Part shown: piece after piece, positions 46,290 to 53,738 of the stretch | Numbering within the stretch: the stretch's first letter is position 1 | Layout: each line of letters begins with the position of its first letter | UHGV virus genome: UHGV-0115803 | DNA: 53,738 nucleotides | Source of the DNA: a virus | Reading direction: 5' to 3' (one strand) | Position numbers and translations under genes: made by a program | The notes under the pieces: generated by a model | The model's input: the letters and a program-made list of their open reading frames with translations, nothing else | Told to the model about the DNA's origin: nothing | The model's database searches: none

Positions 46290-46610
46290 CTACTTTTCTA
46301 ATGCTTTTTCAGCTTCGATAGCATCATTTTTGTTTCCGATAAAACTTTCACCATTAGACAACTGATAGTTTCCACGACTAATCATTTTTGGAAACTCTGC
46401 GCTGGAAGCTTCTTCTGCTGATTGTTCTGTTTTATCATCATTACAAGCCTCTTCTTGTTCGACTGGCTCAAAAATGAATTTGAATGCATCCACAGTTTCC
46501 AAATACTTCTTTTCAGTTTCTGTGATTTCAGTTAGTGATGAAGATGTGATTTGTTTTTCACGAAAGAAATAATCTTTTCCTTCAACGGCACTTTTCACTG
46601 TATACAGCAT
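46290..46610 (-). CDS. hypothetical head protein
   Basis: ORF directly after the capsid gene. Confidence 0.35.
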   Translation of the reverse strand: MLYTVKSAVEGKDYFFREKQITSSSLTEITETEKKYLETVDAFKFIFEPVEQEEACNDDKTEQSAEEASSAEFPKMISRGNYQLSNGESFIGNKNDAIEAEKALEK

Positions 46611-46623
46611 AAAAAACGACCTC

Positions 46624-47574
46624 CTAGATAATTTCGTGTTTTACATTGATAGCTTTTGCCACTGCGTCTTCTTCTTCAAATTTAGTATCTAGTTTCATCG
46701 TTAATACTATAATGAACGTCCGAGAACGGATGTCTTTATCGAATTCCAATCGAACATTACGAGAGACACCTAATACAATATTTTTTGGGTGAGTTAGTAA
46801 TAAGTCCGATACTTTTTCAGCTCCTCCGCTTACTGTAGCGTCGTAAGGCTGCAGCATCGCAATCCCTTTAGTAGGTACTCCATATGCAGCAGGACGATTT
46901 GTTCCCGTTAAAGTCGTATCACCAAGTCCGGTATTACGATTGGCAATTTCATCACGCCAGTTTAATTCATTAACATGACTCATATAGTATCGGAAATCAG
47001 CTGGGTTTCGTAAATACTTAGCAGGTACAGAACCATAAAGCTTTTTCAATAGCGGACGTTTAAAGTCTCCGCCGTCGTGATCGACAATATGTGAAGTTGC
47101 TTGTTTTCGTAATCCATCCAACAATGCTAAGTATGGATCAGAAGAAGTTTTATCTCCATTGACAATTAGCTCTTCAACATCCAAAGAAGCACGTTCTGCA
47201 ATCATACTGATAATCGTATTGTGCAAATTTCCCCCTTCGATGTTGTTTTCCAACGTATCGTAAGAAATATTTACTTCAGCAATCACTTCTTTTGCATTCA
47301 ATTCGATTTTACCTGTCGTTGGTTTTGATCGCTTGCTAGCATCTAAAGCTGTTGCTTCAACTCCAGGATGTAAGATACGTTGACCGAATCCGATTTTTTC
47401 AATTTTCATCGCATCTGACGTCATTGGGACAGTTCGTGCTTCATTAATGATCGTTGGCTGATCAATCAGCATTTGATAAAACTTTTTGAATTGCATAGGA
47501 TTCATTAATCCGCCAGCTGCTAAATCACTTAATGTCATCGTTGCTTTTTCAATAATTGATTGGTTACTTGCCAT
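46624..47574 (-). CDS. major capsid protein
   Basis: 316 aa, immediately downstream of the scaffold gene (overlapping stop/start). Confidence 0.65.
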   Translation of the reverse strand: MASNQSIIEKATMTLSDLAAGGLMNPMQFKKFYQMLIDQPTIINEARTVPMTSDAMKIEKIGFGQRILHPGVEATALDASKRSKPTTGKIELNAKEVIAEVNISYDTLENNIEGGNLHNTIISMIAERASLDVEELIVNGDKTSSDPYLALLDGLRKQATSHIVDHDGGDFKRPLLKKLYGSVPAKYLRNPADFRYYMSHVNELNWRDEIANRNTGLGDTTLTGTNRPAAYGVPTKGIAMLQPYDATVSGGAEKVSDLLLTHPKNIVLGVSRNVRLEFDKDIRSRTFIIVLTMKLDTKFEEEDAVAKAINVKHEII

Positions 47575-48758
47575 TATTCATTTCCTCCTTTTACTGAGAA
47601 TAGACTTCCGAAAACATCTTCTTCTTTCTCAATCTGTTCTGTGTAATTTTGTTCTTGATTGTTACTGAAACGAGCTTTTTCAAGCGTCTCAACCTTTTCA
47701 TTCAAAGGAGCTACCGCTTCTTGAACTGCTTTAGTGATGTCTTCAGCAGTAAATGCTTCTTTTTTCACCTTTTTCTTTGCAGCAGCGGCTTCCTCTTCTT
47801 CCTTTTTCTTCTTCTCTTCATCAGTAAGCTTGCCTTCACCATTTTTAGCGTCTTCTAATTTCTGAAGGCGCTCTGTGATTGGATTTAGAGCTTCACCTAA
47901 TGCTTTTTTTAATTCTTCTTCTGTCATCTCGTGTTCCTCCTTAGATTTTTTCGTACTAAAAAAGGACTTGATCCCATTGACCACGCCCTGCTTTGTTACT
48001 GATTTAGTTGTTTGTATGGTTCCGATTAATTCGGATAATTCACTTACCTCTTTTTGAATTTCTGCAACTTTATCTGCATCATCGGACGAATAGTTGTCTA
48101 ATATGGACCATGCAGCAGATTGGAAAGCTTCGATAGCCGCGTTCACATCTCGGAAAGTCTTCCTTCGATTGAAATTGTTTGTCGTCTGTTTTTTGACTTC
48201 TTCAACCTCTGCAGTGCCAGCAAGTGAGTATCCAGTGAACTCGCCTTTTTGAATATCTTCCCACATTTCGTCTGTCGCTTTTGTTACGAGTACCCATGTT
48301 CCCTTAGTGATTGTTGTGTCTTCAATTGTCATATCGACAGGCGCGACATAGCTTTCCACTACTTTTCCAGCACTAGTAGTAAAATCATGCTGCTTATCAA
48401 TTTGTTGGTAGTCTTCCATAAAGCTATGTGCCGCTTTTTCAATTGTCTCAGCATCCATGTAGTCACCGTGAGCATCTTCTGTTTCAGGTTCATAAACAAC
48501 ACCATATACAAGCTTTTGCGGATCGTCAGCTTTCGTCACAAGCTTAACAGCCGTTTCAAATGTCGGCTCGCCTTCCGCTTTTGTCAGGAAAAATGATTTC
48601 TTATTCGCCGCTTTATCAACGTAAGAGACATGTGTTACTTTAACGTTTTCTAGTTTTCGCATTTTATCACCACCTTTCGATGTTCTTGATTCATTAGATA
48701 TGGCTTCAAGCCGGATCACCTGTCCTTTCCGGCAAAGACTGCCGATCGTCTTCTCCAT
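47574..48758 (-). CDS. scaffolding protein (E/K-rich coiled-coil C-terminal half)
   Basis: Position; EEKKKKEEEEAAAAKKK segment. Confidence 0.5.
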   Translation of the reverse strand: MEKTIGSLCRKGQVIRLEAISNESRTSKGGDKMRKLENVKVTHVSYVDKAANKKSFFLTKAEGEPTFETAVKLVTKADDPQKLVYGVVYEPETEDAHGDYMDAETIEKAAHSFMEDYQQIDKQHDFTTSAGKVVESYVAPVDMTIEDTTITKGTWVLVTKATDEMWEDIQKGEFTGYSLAGTAEVEEVKKQTTNNFNRRKTFRDVNAAIEAFQSAAWSILDNYSSDDADKVAEIQKEVSELSELIGTIQTTKSVTKQGVVNGIKSFFSTKKSKEEHEMTEEELKKALGEALNPITERLQKLEDAKNGEGKLTDEEKKKKEEEEAAAAKKKVKKEAFTAEDITKAVQEAVAPLNEKVETLEKARFSNNQEQNYTEQIEKEEDVFGSLFSVKGGNE

Positions 48759-48893
48759 TCAATTCATCAGGAGGCTTTCTCTCATAATCAAGTAAATTCA
48801 AATGAGTTTTATGAAACATTAATAGCAAACTTGTTAACGTCATTGGTCGAAAGTTACTACGGTTTTCTTTGTTCTCCATAACTGAACAACTCC

Positions 48894-49001
48894 TTATTTT
48901 TTTAGTTGTTTAACCATTTCCTTGAGTATAATCGCAGTGACATAGATAGAAAATGCTCCTAATGGGGTTAGTATTAAAATGCCTAATATTGTCTTGAACA
49001 T
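48894..49001 (-). CDS. 35-aa hydrophobic peptide MFKTILGILILTPLGAFSIYVTAIILKEMVKQLKK
   Basis: Not in the ORF track (under 60 aa). Strong RBS AAGGAG 7 nt upstream. Lies in a 250-bp gap between the scaffold and head-morphogenesis genes. Confidence 0.4.
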   Translation of the reverse strand: MFKTILGILILTPLGAFSIYVTAIILKEMVKQLKK

Positions 49002-49012
49002 TATTTTTCTCC

Positions 49013-49879
49013 TTAATCCACTGGCGGTTTTTCAATCTCATATTCAATTTCATTTCTTGAACGATCAAATATCGGATCAAGCCAGCAGTGACAATAGATG
49101 GTTTCCTCAATTGGCGCTAATGGATCACGTGGATATCGAATAAATGTGCCGTTGATATAAAAAAACTCCCCTTTGGCCGCCGTCATTCCATCAGCGGATA
49201 CATGTGCCGGTCGTGGCTCCTTAACACCATCAGCATGCCGCCACGTACTTCCAATCACATGACGGTTTAGCATCATCGCTTCATATTGAGAGCCGCCGTA
49301 CATCCGAGTAATTTCAAGGATGGCGATCGATCGAGCACGAACATATCCGAAAACTGCTAATTCCGCTAAAGAAATTCCTTTCTTTTTCTCCTCGTCGTCT
49401 CTTTCGTAGTATTTATCTAGTTCACGACTAACTGCATCATCTGTTGTCTGTCGGAGTTCAATTGACAAATTCTTTAACCAATCTTTCAGCTCTTTATATG
49501 CCTCTGAATTTTCATCAAAGGGTAACTCACTGCCGTATTGCTTTTTGAATGCTTCTAGTAACGCAAAAAACGCCGCTTCTAATTCAGGAACGATGTCATT
49601 TGTCATCGTCGAATCAAAAGAACGCTTCTTCATTGTTCGCTTTAGCTGTTTTTCGGTTGGCGGCTTCTTCTTAAATTTCTGGATCAGCTTATCAACTATC
49701 TCTTGCAGTTCTTCGTAATCTATCTGAAAGGCTTCTTCGATCTTTGTTTCTACCAACAAAATGTACTCCATTAGCAAATCAATAAACTGATACTCAGCAT
49801 TTTCCAGTAGCTTCTTAAGTTCCTTGTCCTCTTCTTCTTTGATCAGAAAAGCCAACTCTATCATTTGAGAATCATCCAT
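49013..49879 (-). CDS. head morphogenesis protein (SPP1 gp7 / Mu F-like)
   Basis: Position after the portal gene; 288 aa. Confidence 0.5.
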   Translation of the reverse strand: MDDSQMIELAFLIKEEEDKELKKLLENAEYQFIDLLMEYILLVETKIEEAFQIDYEELQEIVDKLIQKFKKKPPTEKQLKRTMKKRSFDSTMTNDIVPELEAAFFALLEAFKKQYGSELPFDENSEAYKELKDWLKNLSIELRQTTDDAVSRELDKYYERDDEEKKKGISLAELAVFGYVRARSIAILEITRMYGGSQYEAMMLNRHVIGSTWRHADGVKEPRPAHVSADGMTAAKGEFFYINGTFIRYPRDPLAPIEETIYCHCWLDPIFDRSRNEIEYEIEKPPVD

Positions 49880-49880
49880 C

Positions 49881-51404
49881 TTAGGACCTCACCTCTTTAA
49901 TCAACCTGCGTAAAGTTGCTGCTAGCTCACTTGTTTCAGACTTACCATAAGCTTTTTCGAGATCAATTTCACCAGTGAGTGAACCAACGGCATTCCCTTG
50001 ACTATTAGTAAGTATGGGTTTGTTGTACTCATCGCCATCAAAAGGTCCTAAAGGTTTATTGAGCACTTTCCCGACAATATCACGCAGATCATTTGGAGCT
50101 ACTGCTTTCGCTTTGATAGCGGGATCAAGAATGGCTTTGATATCTTCCATATTCACAATATTCGAAGTCTTGAAGAATACTTCGACATACTTGAAATCGT
50201 ATTCTCTAAATAGTGAGTTGATACGCCATTCATACGTCTCACGTAATGATTGGAAAACTTGTTCCTCCGTCAACTCTTTTGCTGTTTCAACAGTCGAACG
50301 ATTATAGTCAGTGGAAAGGCCAACATAGATTGGAGGCAGTCTGAAGGCTGAAAGTATAGCTTGAATCACGTTTTCATCATATTCGAGAAACAACGCATCC
50401 TTCTGTAAAATATCAGCTAACTTCTCAATTCGGATGGCTGGCTTATATTTATCATCTTCACCAAGCATCGCATCAGCAGGTGTTACTTTCTCAGCTTCTA
50501 GTAAAAGAAACTTGTGTTGATTTTCCTCACCACCAATTGCATTCGCATAGGATTGAAGTGTCGCTTCTGATTCAGCGGTTAATTGGGCATTCTCTAATGT
50601 GATTGCTAGCGGAATGTGTCTGCCTTGCGTAAAATATCGGTAATTCAGTTCATCCGCTTTTCGATTTCCAATAACCTTGATTAGCGCTCCAATCCACCGT
50701 GGAATACCGTATGGGTCTTGGAAGTCGCCCTTTTTAAGGTGGATTACCTCGGTTGCTGTTCCGCTGCCTTCTTTTCCGACCGATCCATTTATATTTAGCG
50801 GTGTAGGATCACCAAACGTCTTGTACCAAGTGCCACTCTCGACTCCAGAATCCATTAACGGATCTCGAAAACAAAAATAACGGACCTTGATATCCTGTCC
50901 GTTTTCGTTTACCACTCTATTCAGTTTTGTAACGGACATATACTCCGGCTTAATCGAATCAATGCCCACGACCTCGCCTTTGCCATTTCGAATTACCTCT
51001 AAAAATCCATTCCCACACTCTTCCACGTGACTAATGACCTCTTCAATTACTTCTTTTGCAGGTCGTTCGTAGCAAAGTTCTTTCACCAACAGTTCAAGTT
51101 GATTCCATTCAGCTTTCATTTCTGGGGTTTCTTCTAAATCTTCTACTTTGTAACGAATCCCCATTCCAAAACCAACAACGTTCGTTTTGTAAGCCTCAAT
51201 TGACTGATTGAGGATATCTGATAGATCCGTGATTGAACGCAATACTGACAGATCATATGGAGGGTTTAGCAAAGTTAAGTCTCTAATTTGTTCTCTGCCA
51301 CCAGACATTTTATATGTCAGACTTCTCTTTTTCTGAATCTTGATATCTTGTTTTTTAATTGGAATATTCCCACTTTTACCGCCGCTAATAATTCTCGATG
51401 TCAT
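49881..51404 (-). CDS. portal protein
   Basis: 507 aa, downstream of the large terminase. Confidence 0.7.
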   Translation of the reverse strand: MTSRIISGGKSGNIPIKKQDIKIQKKRSLTYKMSGGREQIRDLTLLNPPYDLSVLRSITDLSDILNQSIEAYKTNVVGFGMGIRYKVEDLEETPEMKAEWNQLELLVKELCYERPAKEVIEEVISHVEECGNGFLEVIRNGKGEVVGIDSIKPEYMSVTKLNRVVNENGQDIKVRYFCFRDPLMDSGVESGTWYKTFGDPTPLNINGSVGKEGSGTATEVIHLKKGDFQDPYGIPRWIGALIKVIGNRKADELNYRYFTQGRHIPLAITLENAQLTAESEATLQSYANAIGGEENQHKFLLLEAEKVTPADAMLGEDDKYKPAIRIEKLADILQKDALFLEYDENVIQAILSAFRLPPIYVGLSTDYNRSTVETAKELTEEQVFQSLRETYEWRINSLFREYDFKYVEVFFKTSNIVNMEDIKAILDPAIKAKAVAPNDLRDIVGKVLNKPLGPFDGDEYNKPILTNSQGNAVGSLTGEIDLEKAYGKSETSELAATLRRLIKEVRS

Positions 51405-51414
51405 ACTCCACCTC

Positions 51415-52863
51415 CTAAAATGCTGTTTTTCTATTTGTTCTCCGTTTTCTTGTTTGTTTGTTATCCATCTTCACTAACGCTTGAGACATTGCGTCAACAT
51501 CATCATCGTGTGCTCCGTTCGGAAAAGCTTCTAACTCATCTAGAACTTCATCCGCCCATGATTTCCAAAGCGGATGTGGTACGTAGACATTTCCCGATTC
51601 CCAAAATGGGGCCACAGCCTGAGCTCTGACTTCTTTCCCACCTTGCGGATTCACTGCAACCATTCCAGGTATCTTTTTCTGTAGCATTTCAATGACGGCA
51701 GAACCATTTGCTTTATCCTCAACATATTTTGCTTTTGCGTCAGGCCAACGATTTGCCATAGACTGAATAGCTCTCATAGTTTCAACAATACCCATTCGTT
51801 CATGATGTCGATCCAACAAATAGTAATCTGCTTCATCACGTGCCCATACGTGTCCGGCAACAAAGTCAGAAGTGTTCTTGTCTTTAAAAGTACAATCCCA
51901 CGATTGGGCTTGCTGAGAAAAAGAACTAGGCATGACTTTTACATCATCGCCTAGTCCTAATCGTACTTTCATTTCAATGGATGGTACATAATACTTCGCC
52001 CACGACCGTTTGAAGATATCGCCGCCAGCTGGTGTTGGGCGCTGTTGGTAAAGAGAAGCCCACCCACGAGATCCAGTTACCGCTTTTGTTTGCGCCGCCC
52101 ACTCTTCATCTTTTCCTATTTCAGGAGCTAAAGCTTCACCAACTTCACGACCAAGCAAGTCCTTTTCCTCCGCAATCGCTGGTATTTTGATTTCGATCCA
52201 AGGTAATGTTTTTTCTTTTAATAAACGACCCGCTAAATCATCTTCATGCCAACGAGTCATAATAATAATTACAGAACCATTTGCTGATAAGCGAGAATAA
52301 AACGTATCCCGCCATTCAGAATAAATTTTATCTCGCATTGTCTTACTTTCTGCCTCAGCCCTGTTTTTTACAGGATCATCAATTATCAAAAGATCGGAGC
52401 CTCGGCCAGTTGCACCACCTAAGATAGAAGTGCTGTATAGCTGACCTAAATGATTATCAATACCCCATTCAGAAACACTCGCTGTCTCAGAACTTAGTTT
52501 CAAATCGAATAGTTCATCACTGTATAAACGAAATTTTTCTCGGTTTTTTCGTCCGAACTTTTTGTAGAGTTCCTCTGAATACGAAACAACCATCGCCAGT
52601 TTATCCGGATTCTTGCATAAAAAATAAGCTGGGAAAGTCTCTGTAATAAAAGTTGATTTACCATGTTGTGGTGGTAACTCTACGATGATAAACAACCGTT
52701 CTCTATTTGCTATACGATCCAAATAAGGTGAGATATATAACTGGTGTCGTAATGGCTTAAATGTGCACCCATGGGTATAGAAAAAGAAGTCAGCGAAATT
52801 TCTCCTCGCTAACTCCTTTAGTGATTCTTTTCTAATTGTCTCAAGATCAACCATCTTGTTCAT
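51415..52863 (-). CDS. terL: terminase large subunit
   Basis: Walker A PPQHGKST; 482 aa; C-terminal nuclease-like region. Confidence 0.8.
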   Translation of the reverse strand: MNKMVDLETIRKESLKELARRNFADFFFYTHGCTFKPLRHQLYISPYLDRIANRERLFIIVELPPQHGKSTFITETFPAYFLCKNPDKLAMVVSYSEELYKKFGRKNREKFRLYSDELFDLKLSSETASVSEWGIDNHLGQLYSTSILGGATGRGSDLLIIDDPVKNRAEAESKTMRDKIYSEWRDTFYSRLSANGSVIIIMTRWHEDDLAGRLLKEKTLPWIEIKIPAIAEEKDLLGREVGEALAPEIGKDEEWAAQTKAVTGSRGWASLYQQRPTPAGGDIFKRSWAKYYVPSIEMKVRLGLGDDVKVMPSSFSQQAQSWDCTFKDKNTSDFVAGHVWARDEADYYLLDRHHERMGIVETMRAIQSMANRWPDAKAKYVEDKANGSAVIEMLQKKIPGMVAVNPQGGKEVRAQAVAPFWESGNVYVPHPLWKSWADEVLDELEAFPNGAHDDDVDAMSQALVKMDNKQTRKRRTNRKTAF

Positions 52864-53341
52864 AGGCTAATCGCCTCAATTCGTCAGTGCTTAGTTCAGC
52901 ATATGGATTTTTTGCTTTTACTTCACCGGATAACTCTAATTTCTTAGTGTATATACCATCCATTTTGTTCAATGTATCAATTGCTCGAATCTGATCTCCA
53001 GGATATTCATCATCATTAGCAATCTCAGAAAGCTTCACCATACGTTCCTTTCGGGTCATAATAGCCTCATCTTGAGCTTCTTCTTGGAGTTCCTTATACC
53101 TAGCCAGAACCTCATTTTCTCTGAACAAAGCACTCGCTTTGTTGTCTACTGTAGTGTCTTTCCACCTATTAGCAGAAGCGAACGCCTCTCGGTAAGCTTT
53201 TCGTTGTGTCATGCCTGTGATTAGGCATTGGACAAATTTTTCATGTCTTGCATTTTCTAAAACAGGCATCTCTTTCCCTCCAATTTCGACAAAATAAAAA
53301 GACCTCAATCCGAGGTCAATGGAATATTTTTCTGAATTCAC
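52847..53341 (-). CDS. terS: terminase small subunit
   Basis: HEKFVQCLITGMTQRKAYREAF HTH motif; overlaps the terL start. Confidence 0.6.
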   Translation of the reverse strand: MNSEKYSIDLGLRSFYFVEIGGKEMPVLENARHEKFVQCLITGMTQRKAYREAFASANRWKDTTVDNKASALFRENEVLARYKELQEEAQDEAIMTRKERMVKLSEIANDDEYPGDQIRAIDTLNKMDGIYTKKLELSGEVKAKNPYAELSTDELRRLAYEQDG

Positions 53342-53738
53342 TCAAATAGCGTTGATGATCTTCTATTTCTTTTTTCCAGTTTTCATTTAAAACATTTGTT
53401 TCAATTTTATCAGTCTTGCAGTTTGGACACCTTCCAACTACAACTTTTACTCTCACCTCTGGATCAAGAATTAAGTGTACGAGTATACCTTTTGTATCAA
53501 AACAATTTGTACAAAATGGACCCTCTTCGCCTTTGTAATATGTATTTCCGATTTTTTTTACTTCACTTCTCAAAATTTGAACATTTTTTAAATCATGTAT
53601 TTCTTGCCTCAGTTCCTGATTTTCCTGTAATAACTGTGACATTTCTTTTTGAACTTCAATTACCGCCTTAAGAGTAACCGGATCATTAGTGCCAGTAACA
53701 AGTCCTAACATATTATCCCATTTTTCTTGTAATCCCAT
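53316..53738 (-). CDS. coiled-coil / zinc-ribbon protein (CTNCF...CPNCK)
   Basis: The ATG is the last three bases of the window. Its apparent RBS (AGGTGA) lies at window positions 1-12. Confidence 0.4.
   Translation of the reverse strand: MGLQEKWDNMLGLVTGTNDPVTLKAVIEVQKEMSQLLQENQELRQEIHDLKNVQILRSEVKKIGNTYYKGEEGPFCTNCFDTKGILVHLILDPEVRVKVVVGRCPNCKTDKIETNVLNENWKKEIEDHQRYLSEFRKIFH

Overview
The window reads as a low-GC (about 35%) temperate siphovirus genome of a Firmicutes host (Listeria/Enterococcus/Bacillus-like), possibly complete and circularly permuted. Leftward genes at 396..14259 form a minus-strand early/replication region: ArpU-like late regulator, YopX-like protein, MazG-like protein, an XerD-like recombinase, a protein with only a LexA DNA-binding domain, DUF1064 protein, DnaD-like replisome organiser, RecT, YqaJ-like exonuclease, excisionase-like HTH protein and a Cro-like regulator. 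At 14260..22540 lies a divergent plus-strand lysogeny module: TTACC-type operators, a cI-like repressor without a peptidase domain, an ImmA-like gene, four membrane/lipoprotein moron genes, a tRNA-3'-like fragment, an AT-rich cassette of a ParA-like ATPase plus two unknown genes, a Cheo (LexA) box, a small gene, a tyrosine integrase, and an attP-like region with CTATCACC arm repeats on both sides. At 22770..26660 there is a LexA-box-controlled translesion cassette: a Y-family polymerase (frameshifted), a YolD-like protein and an SRAP/YedK protein beginning MCGRY. It is followed by a tandem array of four to five promoter/short-RNA/terminator minigenes and a tRNA with a non-canonical anticodon arm. 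The region 28545..53738 is a minus-strand late module: signal-peptide amidase endolysin, holin, XhlA/XkdX-like genes, receptor-binding protein, Dit, a 2165-aa tape measure with peptidase and lytic transglycosylase domains, G/T chaperones, major tail protein, connectors, major capsid, scaffold, portal, TerL and TerS. The most unusual items are the repeated short-RNA-like minigene families, the LexA-related circuitry (LexA-DBD-only protein plus Cheo boxes at the int and polymerase operons), the ParA-led unknown cassette, and signs that the sequence is an excised circular genome. All functional calls rest on motifs and synteny read directly from the sequence; no database searches were run. Coordinates of non-ORF features are approximate (about +/-2 nt).
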